From the NCBI GenBank assembly GCA_017499595.2, contig CM039009.1:1550001-1614000 (forward strand): 64,000 nucleotides of DNA, written 5' to 3'. Both the position numbers and the translations under genes were made by a program. How positions within the stretch are numbered: the first letter of the stretch is position 1; the number at the start of each line of letters is the position of its first letter. The notes under the pieces were generated by a model, which searched no databases, was not told the DNA's origin, and saw nothing but the letters and a program-made list of their open reading frames with translations. The stretch comes from Psilocybe cubensis (lineage: Eukaryota). Below, piece after piece: positions 1 through 11,851 of the stretch.

Positions 1-21
1 ATTATTTTCTACTTTCATACA

Positions 22-634
22 GCAGTTGAAGAACGACAACGCAGATCGGAGGATAGCCTTTCTTCCTCTGATTCAAACAGAACCAGTCAAACACAATCTG
101 AACCACCCGGTAGCATACTCAATGCAAACACTGTGATGGTAAAATCCAAGGCCTTGAATTTGAAGCGGGAGGAATATCAAAAGGAAAGGCTCACTCGGGA
201 AGCAGAGCGTAATGCGAATGCAGCCCGATTAGCCTCAATAACCGAAGGCATGGCTGCTTTGGATAGGGAGATTGACTCTGACCTCGCAATCATGGATGCC
301 ACAATTGACGAATTTGCTACCGCTTTGCACGAGGCACAGGAGAAAAATAGATTGCACTGGGAGAAGTGTGACAGGGCGGTACTGACTTTGAAACTACAGT
401 TTGAAGAACAGAGGGCCCAAATTTGCACAGTGCAACAGGAATGGAAAGAGTTTGACCATCAGATTTCCTCCAAACTGGCCAATTTTAAAGAAGAAATCGA
501 CGAATTGGCCGCCGTAGTCAGCTTCATTAAGCACCATCGTGTTGAGGTATTGTGTCAAATTTGGGTCTTAATATTGTCTTGACATATATCTTATTAGAAA
601 AATAATTCCTTTTGCTGGGCTGCTTAGAATTTGA
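22..634 (+). CDS. 3' part of a hypothetical coiled-coil protein gene (partial, begins upstream of the window)
   Basis: Acceptor-like catacag near 15-24, then an open frame containing the E/K/R-rich helical ORF 133-582. Donor gag|gtattg at 547/548, acceptor ttattag at 597, stop TGA at 632-634. No recognisable domain. Confidence 0.4.
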
Positions 635-1242
635 GAAACCACGTCAGAGATGCATCTGGCAAGAAAACGGTTGATGTTGATGACAAGAATGGGTTCCTTC
701 CCTTGTCCTTCCCCTGCTGAAGCCGTTACCGACAATGCACCTACATAAGTCCTATAATCCTTCGTCTACTGCGACTATGTTTACTTGTAGACTTCCACCG
801 ATTTTATTGCTTTGACAATTATATCTTGTATTGGCCTGCTTTTGCTTTCCAACGTCCTTAGTTATATGTGTGCCAGTTCTGAGTCTAGTCACTACCATGT
901 TGTTGTTGATCCTATTGTTTACCAATTGTATGAATTCTGTGAACTTGTTTCTCAATCGGAATATGTAAGTTTGGAACAGTAAGCTAACATTGTCTTCCTT
1001 TAGCGGAGAAATCTGCTAGTGGAAAGAGGCTATACTATTTTCTACTAGGTAGGAGGTTGATTAAAAAGCGCAGCATGTGCTTGGATACCTATCTATTCTT
1101 TTCCACACCCATTTTACCACGAACATGAGGAGTGTCGGAGGAAATAGTCATCGATAACGCCAGGTGATGATTTATAAAGACTAATTATAATGAAAGAATC
1201 GACTCCTCTGTTTTTTTCTACCCTTTATACAGGTCATCGAAC

Positions 1243-3340
1243 ATGAAGGTTCTCAAAATCCAGTTACACACCGACAGGAGCACTGATGCTGTCAATCTTC
1301 AAATTGAATGCGGAGGAAAGGATAAAAATCACATTGAAAGGGAATTTATCAATAAGATTTCGAAAAACGCCGGTGTCCCAAAGGCACAAATTCCACGGTG
1401 TGCCGGTAGCCAATTGGTAGTTCCTCTTGAGCCATTAGATCATGAAGGTATGTGGCTTTCTCTCCAATTTATCAAATTACATCGTTGATATAGCTATATA
1501 GTAGGCACTAGTAGCGAGCACAGTGATCTTAAGGCATTTTTAGTCCCGGGCCATTGGTTAGATGGTGAAAGATCGATTATTGTCGAATACTATTCCAATG
1601 TATGGCACCTTTCGCTGGCTGCTCCTTCAATTGAGCATGGGGTCAACGACCATGAAGTTGACAGAGATTTGTGTATGTGTATCTTCTCTGATAAGTGGTG
1701 TATGCGGTCTTCTTATATCTTTGACAAATCTTAGATGAGAGGATGTCCGTAAGAGCCTTCTTCAGTAAAATAAATGAAGGCCAGACAGCCCAAGCTGAAC
1801 CAGACTCGGAGAACATCTCGAACGCGGAGCCTGATTATGAATCATCAGGTGTGTTTATTGTCAGCAACAATTTAATTATTGCATTACTCACATTTACCTT
1901 TGACTATCTACGCAGATAAAAAGAAGCGGAAGAGAGAGAAAACTCGTATGAAGATGGAATCTCTGAAGCAAGCAAGCGGGAGTAGTTCCTTAGCTTCTGC
2001 CCGGGCAGAGCAAGGTTAGTAGTTTTACCTAAATCTCTATGAACAGTATGTCGATCAGCATTCACCATCGTTGCAGAAGAAAGGAAACCCACGCTGGAGG
2101 ATGCATTTCTCTTGTTGTCACTGTCAAAGGGCAGCGTTCCCCAGCCCCCCCAAGGTGTGTGATCATTGTCGGATTCCAAGACCAATCTAACCAACTAATT
2201 CTAGATCTTATTGCTCCGGTTAATGATCAGATCAGCGAACCCAATTCAGAGATTGGGGAAGTTGTTCTTGGAACGGCTTTGGTCAATGACTCAGAACCTT
2301 TGCAAGAAGATGCATTGCCAAAGCAAGGATATTCTGAATCACAGGAAGGTTCTGCTACGGAGGAAATGCAAGATCTGGCAGAAATCAAGTCTTTGGAGTC
2401 GCTGAAAAACGAGTTAGAAGAGCTGAAGATTACATATTCAAATCTTAAAAAGGAGCGCGATGAACTGGAAAGTGAATCGATGAACCAATTGGACTTACTA
2501 AATCAGGCATATGAAGGTCGGCGCATACTTCAATCCACTATTCAAAATAAAACAACAGATATGAAAAAACTCACATCCCAATTTAACATGGAGAGGGCCA
2601 AGTGGAAGGCTGAGCAAAGTAGACTTCAATCCATAATTGAAACGCTAACAAGAGAGCGACAGGAGCTTGAACACAAACTTCAATTAACGTCAAAGGATAG
2701 ACATGAAATAACATCAAGGATTGCTACAGATACACTCACCATTGAAGGTGCTATTGGAGCGGTATCCGACGAGGTGACTAGGGATGCCACTGATTATACT
2801 GAAACCCAGGTATCCTTGTTGCGACCTCTACACTTTTTTAGTTGTTTTAACTTATGACTGTTGTGCTCGTAGGATCCGAAATGGATGAACCAAATCCGTC
2901 GCCGAAGAATTATTGAAACCACACAAGAAAGGTTGGCAGCAATGTTAGGTCTGGTGCCTATATATTTGAAAAAAAGACATGGAAATGCGAGGTTCTGGAG
3001 AGAAAAACTGGATCAAATTCTTAGAGACCAGTCCCTCTCTGGAGACGACAAAAGACTTCAAGTTGCACGTCAGCTTTTAGAAAATCCAAGCACCTCACTC
3101 AACAAAGATCATTTGGCTGCTATCCAGTTGCTCCTGAGCAATGACCTCGCTATGGAATGGATGGCGCACAGTACCAATACGTTCAGGGATGCAGGCAATA
3201 GTGCTGCTCACCCTGATCTTAGCCTAAGGTTCTGGACACAAGTAATCAATTATATGCACAGTGAAAACGAAATCAACGAGAAAGAGAAGGAAAGTTTTAC
3301 TACTCTCGTTATGGTTAATGATATTCTTCCGGAGCCATGA
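1243..3340 (+). CDS. Hypothetical 7-exon protein with a basic NLS-like patch and a central coiled coil
   Basis: Exons 1243-1447, 1505-1672, 1735-1848, 1916-2013, 2077-2154, 2205-2808 and 2873-3340 are joined by GT-AG introns of ~50-70 bp. They splice into one uninterrupted frame with consistent phases. Contains KKKRKREK and a heptad-rich region (LESLKNELEELKITYSNLKKERDELE...). Confidence 0.65.
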
Positions 3341-3355
3341 TATTCTTCCGGAGCC
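3318..3355 (+). repeat. 19-bp tandem duplication that creates the stop codon of the 1243-3340 gene
   Basis: ATGATATTCTTCCGGAGCC occurs twice (3318-3336, 3337-3355). TGA at 3338-3340 lies at the start of the second copy. Confidence 0.85.
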
Positions 3356-6300
3356 AGAGAAGGGCGACAGAGAGTTGTAGTGTACTCACTAAATTTTGTA
3401 CTTTACAATTTGTATTGGATCTCGCTTGATACCTCATACCAAATGCCATGCATAAAGTTTCTTGGTCATGATTCTACTCTCGGGAGGCATTACAACGATG
3501 ACGACTAAGTTGTTGAAAAGATAAGTGGTGGTTTTTTACTCTTTAGCATAGAGATAACGAGAGATGGGAGTCAGACAAGCATTGTGCGCTGTTAATTTCG
3601 CATGAGAATGGCACAGAGGTGGAGACAGAAGCAGTTTTGCTACTTGCTGAAGGCAGATGTGAGATAATGGCGGATAAGGAAGAAGAGATAGTCAGCACCA
3701 GCAAGAAATATATACTAGTAAGCTTTCTGGATGCTCTTTGAGTTTGACGGCAGGAGTGTGAGAGACACCGAGACCACGAGCCCCTTGACAGATGCTTGGT
3801 ATAGTGTAAGGTAGCAGCGATGCAAATGCATGCCGCTCGTTGTTGCTGTTAAGGAAGTAATAATGGAAGAAGCTTGACGGGAAGCGGTCACACTGATTGT
3901 TTCCAGCATAGAGCTTGATGAGAGCAGTACCGAATCTGGGTAGAGGTGGCTGACAGTTAAGGAGGGCGGCAAGACTGTTGCGCTGACAGGGCAAATAAAT
4001 AGATGGGGGAGAGGTAGCCAGTTCATTAGATGCTGTCTTTCTGGTGTGGTATAAAGGTTTTGAACTCAGCGTTTCAACGGTATCGACGTCACTGTGTCTG
4101 GGAGCAGCAGAAAAGTGTGAGAGCGATCGGTGAGATGCAAATTCCAAATCCGAATTTTGAAGCGGGACAGAAGAACGCAGGGGTTTATAGATTGTTTACA
4201 GATGGCGGCATTGATATTCAATAGGTAATTGTGCGTGTCGTATAGGTGGTACACGGTGTGTTTGCGCGTCTTGCATGAATTATTTCAAGTTCGGAAGAGA
4301 GAATGGGATGGTCATTGAGATGTGCATGACAATGCGCATATATCTGTGCGTGGTAGCAATATCAGTATAGGCATTTTAATAGAACAAAAAAAAAGTAACA
4401 GTGCGCTGTTCATCCTCGATAATGAATCCGATGCACAAAATCCCTAGGAAAAGATCAGAATCTCAAATAAAGCAAAGAATCTAAGCGCGCCGTGTCTCTT
4501 CTCGACCCTGAACGACTGCTCGAGACTTTGTATCCTTTCTCTGCATTTTCAACTTGTGAAAACCTTGCGCACTCATTCAGTTAAAGGCTAAATACATGTG
4601 TACCTTTCCCATTGCTACGCATCCACACCAAGCCGCCCTTGCTTCGCTATCGCCTATCCTAGTGTGACGTGGGTAGATACGTGAGTTGTAAGTGATGCCA
4701 TTTCAGAGCTTCTCCGAGCATCTGCGACAACTTTTTGAGCGCAGTATGATAGGCCGACGTAGGGGATGGATGTGGAGGTTCCTTGCAGAAAGCAAAAAAA
4801 TCAACAGAAAAACCCAAAACGCGATTAGATACGACGAAGTCGGTGATTTCCGGCGACCCGGTTTGAGCACGGCGTAATACTTTAATCCAGCTTGTTCCAC
4901 CTGTGCCTTGATAAGTAACTTGATTAGTTCAAGCAACGGCAGCAATAAACGCCAGTGCTTCAGTCGGTCTACGCTAGCTTCTCGGGAGGTTATAAGGCGT
5001 ACGTACATGTCTATGTGGCATTTCTGACGCTGATGTCTGGTACCAGTGATATTTGAATATGTGCAACTTTTTCCGACACCTTCCGCTTGTTTTCTCCCTC
5101 GACTTGATCTTGGTCATTGTTTTTACCTGGTCAAATATCCTTTTCATGTTGAAAAAATCCCACCCCTTCTCCCCACCGTACCTGTCTGCAATTATCGAAC
5201 GTAAAAAAGCAGTGGTGACAATCAGACTTGCCCCATACGTTCAGGTAGGCTACCATACCATGTCCATCTTCTAGACGAGACGGACGGAATGAAAATGGAT
5301 GAGGGTATGTGGGTCTTTTGATATGTTCAGTTTAATGAGCTCAAGCTCAACCTCGATTGGTTTTTCTCTAACTACATACACGCATCATCATCCCTAACAC
5401 TACATCCAGTCCCAAACGCAGATTTTGGTCTGAACACCAGAGTTCCGTCTCCTCTTCTCTCTGTCGCGACAAGACGAGAACAGAGTGGGTAGGCTGGACG
5501 TACGGGTACAGTAAGGTGAACGCGAGATTGTGAGGGGATTACCCCTTGCTAGTGAGTCGTGACTCATTTTTTATCTTGCTTCTATGCTCATTATTGTACA
5601 ACGCGTGCCCTGTTGTTCATCCTTCCCGTGTATGCAGATGGAATCGGTTCCCGACCCTCAATACCTATGATTTGTGAGCTCGCGCTGCAGATTTTGATCA
5701 CTGTGGTCAAAACTCGACCGTGACAACTTTACCCAACGGACGACTTGCGAACGACAATACACAGAAATCCACGGGCTGACTATTTATGAATGAATTTGTG
5801 GTTTCGATTGTTTGTGTCTGCCGGTCGCTCACTCCATCATGTCCGGTTTGTCGTGCCATGTTTATGTCGCGTGCACTGACGACATACGAAGATCCGTTTT
5901 GGGGAATCATGTCAGAGATCGAGGGAAGCTGGAAGCAAACAGGAACATACCCTGGGAGGGTATAATAATCGGACGGTTGTGTACAGAGACCCCCATCGTC
6001 TCTTGACTCTCTTCTACCATCATCTCATCTCATTTTCGAAGAGTTCCTTATATACATTTGACGATTTCTCTACATGTGATAGCTCTTATTCAAACAAAGT
6101 AAGTTACAGTCAACCCGCCTTTATCAGATTGTCTACTAACATCATTGAGTAGCACTTTTATTACCCCGCCTTGAGCTATCTTCACCGTAATTGGTCTGGC
6201 AACTCCCCACATGCGTAAGTCCATCTCGCCTAGGTCAAAATTGTGCTAACAACGTCCCACAGCAATTTGATCAACCCGCCTTGGACCAACCAACATCTGT

Positions 6301-6410
6301 CCCATCTCCCTGAAAGCCACTAACCAATCCCACACAACGCAGGCTCGCTCGCACACAACGGTCAAGAAGCCCAGCACAGAAGTATACCACTCCATTCAGG
6401 TCGCGTATCT

Positions 6411-7136
6411 TCAGTCTGCTGGTGTCAGGCTGGAGTGCGCGATTGTCTTATGACATGCGGGGCAGTTGAAATTGACCCTACCCGCTCGATGTGTGGCACC
6501 CCCCCGCCGCCACTCCTGTAATTGGGGGTCGTGGAAACCAGGGGGTGAGGTACGGAGTGCTGGTTGGTTCGCCCACCCCCCTAAGCAGTAGCGGTAGATT
6601 TGCAGGACATCGTCGCTTCTACCGTGAATCGCAGGGGTGGAGATTGATAAAAGCTTGCTTTGGACCTTGTGTGCTGGGTGGGCTTGGGCGAGTGGTGGTT
6701 GGCGTGAGGTTAGTTTGTTTCTTCTGTTGTTTGATAGCGTTGACTTAATTTCTTCGTAGCCTCGGACGACGACCGACATGATGCCGCAAACACCTTGATT
6801 GCGATACTTGAACACGTTTCGTTCCTTGAATTCGATGCATTGCTCTTGCTTATTAGTTATGTGATAGCATCGAAGTTTGGTTGGGATATGGATGGGCACT
6901 CCTCGGGAAAGGGCACCTTCAGTGAGTCTTGTACAATCCTTGACATTCAAATTTATGATATGCAACGTTTCCAGCATTCCTCGAAATACTCGAGTTATCT
7001 TCGGCCTGTCATGTATTGGAAAGATCGTGACTAGTAAGTTAACTTGCCCTTTATCATGACCGTCTAATTTTTTTTGTAGGGCTCGCAGTTTAAATTCACC
7101 TATAGGCCCTCCGCAATAAATGCACACTGGCAGCAT
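6411..7136 (-). CDS. Hypothetical protein (241-aa ORF, possibly intron-containing)
   Basis: Long ORF with CxxC near both ends (CIYC, CPAC). No family recognised. Confidence 0.25.
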   Translation of the reverse strand: MLPVCIYCGGPIGEFKLRALQKKLDGHDKGQVNLLVTIFPIHDRPKITRVFRGMLETLHIINLNVKDCTRLTEGALSRGVPIHIPTKLRCYHITNKQEQCIEFKERNVFKYRNQGVCGIMSVVVRGYEEIKSTLSNNRRNKLTSRQPPLAQAHPAHKVQSKLLSISTPAIHGRSDDVLQIYRYCLGGWANQPALRTSPPGFHDPQLQEWRRGGATHRAGRVNFNCPACHKTIAHSSLTPAD

Positions 7137-8253
7137 ATCAGCGACAATTATTCAGTCATAACCTAACAATGGAGCCGTCTGGAGTGAATCCGATCTTGGG
7201 GCACCTGTGCTCATTTCAGATGTGAGTCCGCCTTGAGTATCTTTACTAAGCCTTATTGCCTAATTTCTGTTCCCTAGGTTTTTTTTCTCCTTTTTCGTTT
7301 TCGTTTTCGCGTTTAGCTTCATTTTTTTCTTTTGGTTTTGCTCTCAAAGTAGTTATAGGTTATGTGTCAGGTCTTTGCGTCGAAAGATCTCTTCTCTGGT
7401 GAGTGAGGCCTATTCCTGCTTTAATTCGTTGCCTCACTATCTTATCCTAGGTGTTCAGGACTTGTACCCTCATGCCAAATCACTAAATCCTTGGTCTCGT
7501 CATCACAAGAACACTCAAGGCTTGGGGGTCATTATATCTGCCATAAAAGTCGCCGAATGCATACAATCGCCCATCATCAAGTGATATTCAACATAAATAT
7601 TAAAGCACGCCATCGCCCCCGATGCCACACTCATAGAGCGCCTCGAGCTCAGAGTTTTGTCGAACACCCGAGCCTCAAGAGATCTGATGTGTTGGACCTC
7701 ATTTTTCTATGTAAGTCGTCCCTCTAGTTTCGTCACAGTGTGAATGCTAAGTTTGTTAGATTCTCCGTTTTTCTCTTTTTTGTTTAGATAGTTATTCTCT
7801 AACTTCCCCCGCCGCCGTCCGTGATCTAAAAACACAATAGCGGATACTAGCCTCAATGAAATTTGCCACTCACCTCGCTCGATGTATTGACAACGCTATG
7901 TTTCCATTGCCTCATACTTTTTAACCTTCAGTTCTGTCCTATAACGGGCATTTTTCATTCTTTTCAGAGACATTCCATGCCTCGTAGATTAGATTGCGTT
8001 GCTGTATCGTCCAATAGGACGCGTTTTGGGATGTAAATGCCATGCATACTTAATTCTGGAAAAAAATTGACGCAAAGTGCATTAAGTGGTCGGAAATTTC
8101 CGCAGTATCGGGCCGAGAATACGCTACCGAGTGATCCAGCCACCAACTCCGGAGTCGCAGAGCACGAACCTTGGAACTTGGAAGTCAACCTAGGGTCAGA
8201 CGGGCGTCACAAGCGCTGCGTTGACAAGGACTCAGACTACGATCAACACGACC

Positions 8254-9473
8254 ATGCAGATCCCATTTGTATCCGGGGTGCTTGCTCTGTTACTCAGCGC
8301 CCATGGTCTGCGCAGGAAGTCACTCTCGCCCAGCGGCGCGTTCGCCGCACTCGTCGTAGGCTTTCTAATGATGGCGGGCGGGACCAGCGTGTTTGGTGTT
8401 GCGCTGATTGGATTCTATTTGGTGGGCAGCCGTGCTACCAAGTGTGAGTGGGACAGGTGCAATCGGATGTGGAAGGATATGATCTAATTCGAGGCGGGAC
8501 AACGTTCTTTCTTTCTTTCTTTCTTTCAATGCAGATGGCAAGAATAGGAAGGCCAAGTTGGAAGAGGGGTATCAGGAGGGAGGGTACCGGTCGGGGTGGC
8601 AGGTGCTGTGTAACAGCGCATCGGCGCTTGTTGCTGCGATTGTGTGGAATGCGGCGATGGATCCGAGGAGTGTGCAGGCGGCGGTGACGCGTACGCTGCT
8701 TGGACTTGATATGGGTGGAACGGTGTTGGGATTGAGGGGGCCCGTGGTGTATGGCCGATCGAGTGGAGGGTGGTGTCCGACTGAGAGGACGGTGGCGGAT
8801 GGATGGAGTCGTGCGTTGGTGTTTGCTGCGCTTGGGTGAGTGATTCAACGTGTTAGTGCTCTGCGATCCGAGTTCATTGGATTCGGTATAGACATTTCGC
8901 GTGCTGTCTGGGGGACACACTCGCCTCGGAGCTGGGTATACTCTCACCTTCACCTCCACGGTTGATCACGACGCTGAAGACGGTGCCACCTGGCACGAAC
9001 GGCGCGATGTCGGTGGGCGGAACAGTCGCGTCTATCGCGGGCGGAGGGATCGTCGGCGCGTTGATGGGTGCTGCGCTGGTTCTGGAAAATGGCCAGTGCG
9101 GGCGCGGCGCGGTATTTGAATTGGTCGCGTGGGGGATGTGTGGGGGAGGCATCGGAAGCCTGGTGCGCTCCAGATCTTTTTTTTTTTTTTTGTTTTTTAA
9201 TTTATTCAACTTATGGCGCCTAGGTGGACTCGTTCCTTGGAGCGACGGTGCAGCAGACGCGGTACTCGACAAAGAGCAAGGTTGTGCTGCAGGACGCGAG
9301 CAAGGCGGACGGGCGGGTCATCAGCGGGCTCAATATTTTGACGAATAATCAGGTATGTATCGATGTCTGCTGGAGCATCCCAGTCGCTTGATTTGGATTA
9401 CTTTTTGCAGGTAAATCTCGCGTCGAGTGTGTTTTGCGCGGTAATGGCGGCCTGGTTGGCTGCGAGGGTGTGA
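8254..9473 (+). CDS. DUF92/TMEM19-family integral membrane protein, 5 exons
   Basis: Exons 8254-8443, 8535-8835, 8892-9162, 9224-9352 and 9411-9473 splice in frame. Family motifs: RKSLSPSGAFAA, GGYRSGWQVLCN, DTLASELG, VPPGTNGAMSVGG, DSFLGATVQ, NNQVN. Confidence 0.92.
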
Positions 9474-9592
9474 TGTCATTTGTGCGTTTTTTTGGTACAG
9501 ATAGCGTGGCATTTGGTAGGATAGTGCCCGATATAGATGACTGATCGTGCTTTTTCTTCATACCCCTCTCCCGCATTCGAAGTAAAGCGCAT
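9468..9592 (+). repeat. Degenerate duplicate of the glycogen synthase 5' leader and first codons (11727-11870)
   Basis: Shared collinear blocks: gtga(t/c)gtcattt, cagatag, atttgg(t/c)aggatagtgcccgatat(a/g)gat, tcttcatacccctctc, cgaag(t/c)aaagcgc. Confidence 0.8.
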
Positions 9593-11851
9593 GACACTCT
9601 ACGGGGGAGGACGCAAACGAGGTCAGCAGCATCTGCATCATCATCATCATCAAGACAAACGGCCCCTCGTCTTCGGGTTTGGTGGCGGGTACGCTTCACC
9701 GTTTCTCCCTCGTATGGGACACCCATGTCTATGCGCACTTAGAATCACTGGCTCGTCAAATGTAAACCTCTGTATTCGACCTCTTCATGCCGGCGACGCT
9801 TCTACGTGAACAAGATCATTGTATCTTACTATTCCGAAAATCGTGCATTCCTGCTTCTCGGTTCATCACCCTTCATACATCTTTGTTTACGCGTATCAAG
9901 AAATAAGCGCACTCAATTCAAATGGTTATTATACTGGATTTACACCGAGTTCAGGTACGTTTCGATGTTCTGGTGGATGTTAATCATTTCATTATGATCC
10001 TTCGAATGTGCACTGCCTCCCCGCTTTCTCAACGGAGATTGGATGTTTTGTGTGGGCTCACTTCGTATCATAGAGTCGAATGACGCTGTAATTTTCAATG
10101 GAAGACTCCTCTCGTCCACTTCATCTAGTGTTGCAGTTGCCTCAGCCAAATAGTCAACGTAAATTGTGAAGACTCGCATCGAACGCGTAGCTTACACTAT
10201 GTATTGCTCCGCCTAGTCTTGAGCCGCCGCCAACTTCAGTTAGGAGAGCAAGGCCTTAGCGAACGAAATTTCTAGACGTTTCTAATTCGCCTTTCGGAGG
10301 AAGAGAGAAGAGTTAATGGAACTTGTCGTTTTCCGCTGGTGACGGCCTTGCATTGCTGAACGGTTCCAGTTTCTTCCAGTTTCAAGTGCTGTGGGTCGCT
10401 TGAAGGTCTGTTGAGTCTGAGGTTGATGTGGAATATTCAGTGTGCTTTAATTCGAATTCATGCTGATGCATAGTGATGCTCACTGGATTTGGGGTGTTCC
10501 CGACCATTCCCCTATCAACTACACAGATCCATTCTAACCTACTTTCCCAGCTTTATGAATAACATGGTCGAGAATTTTCCTCTGAGGGGCGGATCATCGT
10601 CTCGGAATGCTTAGCTTGGTTTTACTGGGCGCTTATTTCAAACCCCACGCGAACTATTTGATTTGGTGGTGTGGATGTGGCTATGCGACTATGTAATGCG
10701 ATCGATCTTTGGATTTTCTCTGTTCTTGTGTTTGTGGATAGGGTTTTGGAGAGATCTGAGAGAGAGGGAGGGTGCTTTTATTTGGGTAAGAAATTGCTTG
10801 TGATGAGGTGTAGATGTTAGGGGCGATATGTTTGTTCATTGTTGAAGAGGAATAACTTCTTGGCTTGATTCGTGGTGCATGTAATGATTTCAAAGGTTAG
10901 AGCTTGAATAAGCGTTCTGAGTAGGGTTGTTCTTTCCTGTCCTCGCTTTGGCATTGAAGCTTGACGGTCGGAATTTGAACTTGATATTCAGGCTTCCTTG
11001 ATGCAATTGCGGCATGCACTGCTGTCGTCCAGAAACGGTCTGCTGCTCAAAACCTTGCAAACTGAACCGAGTGTTGATATGTATGTCCAAATATTCAATC
11101 TCAACTCACTGCGTTTGCGTTTCTTTCTGGTGACTTTGACGTACAGTTCGTCCTTCTCGCGGTCGTGAGTAGCTCACATTGCACCTAGTTCCAAACACCG
11201 TGCGTCCTCTTGAAGATTTATTGGTGGATCCACGCAGACTTCTACACGCTTTGATTTTGATGATTGGAATCGAATCTCGCAGTCATCCGGTGCAACGCTG
11301 TGATTCTTCTGCTTGCGAGCTGGGCTAACTATATGCTCGGCTTTTGATTAGACCCACAGGTTATCATCGAGTGTGGATTTCAATTGACTTCCCACTCCTA
11401 GTCCCCACCTTCCCCTTCCCACGACGACCATTCCAATCTTCCGCTTCAAAGTTGGCGTTGAAGATCGAATCCCAAGCTCCATCCGGCGGCCTTCGACCAG
11501 TCTCGGCTCTGAATTTCGATCTTGAGCTGTGGGGCTACCTGAAAGTTGGCAAAATGTATGTTGACTTTACCTAGCTGTGAGGTTGAGATGTGAGTTCATC
11601 ATCTTGGCTGAACTGAATGGAACGTGCATCAGTGTGTATCAAATCTGTGTGTTACGTGGCTTTTTCATAATAGCTTTGACTTTGGATTCAATCGAAACGA
11701 TTGGAAATTGAAGGATTGGTTTAGATGTGACGTCATTTATGTTTTTGTGCAGATAGGGCAGGATTTGGCAGGATAGTGCCCGATATGGATACCTCCTGAC
11801 CGTGGACTTTGCGAGTTGTCGGCTGTTCTCTCCTCTTCATACCCCTCTCTC

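Noticed and set aside
3692-5300. Short ORFs (3692-4147, 4703-5008 and others) as genes
   Set aside because: No recognisable motifs, and I could not build a consistent exon chain.
9600-11720. Additional coding gene or ncRNA between DUF92 and glycogen synthase
   Set aside because: Only short ORFs. Splice-like signals near 11556-11752 fit a 5' UTR intron of GSY, and no tRNA or rRNA hallmark was seen.
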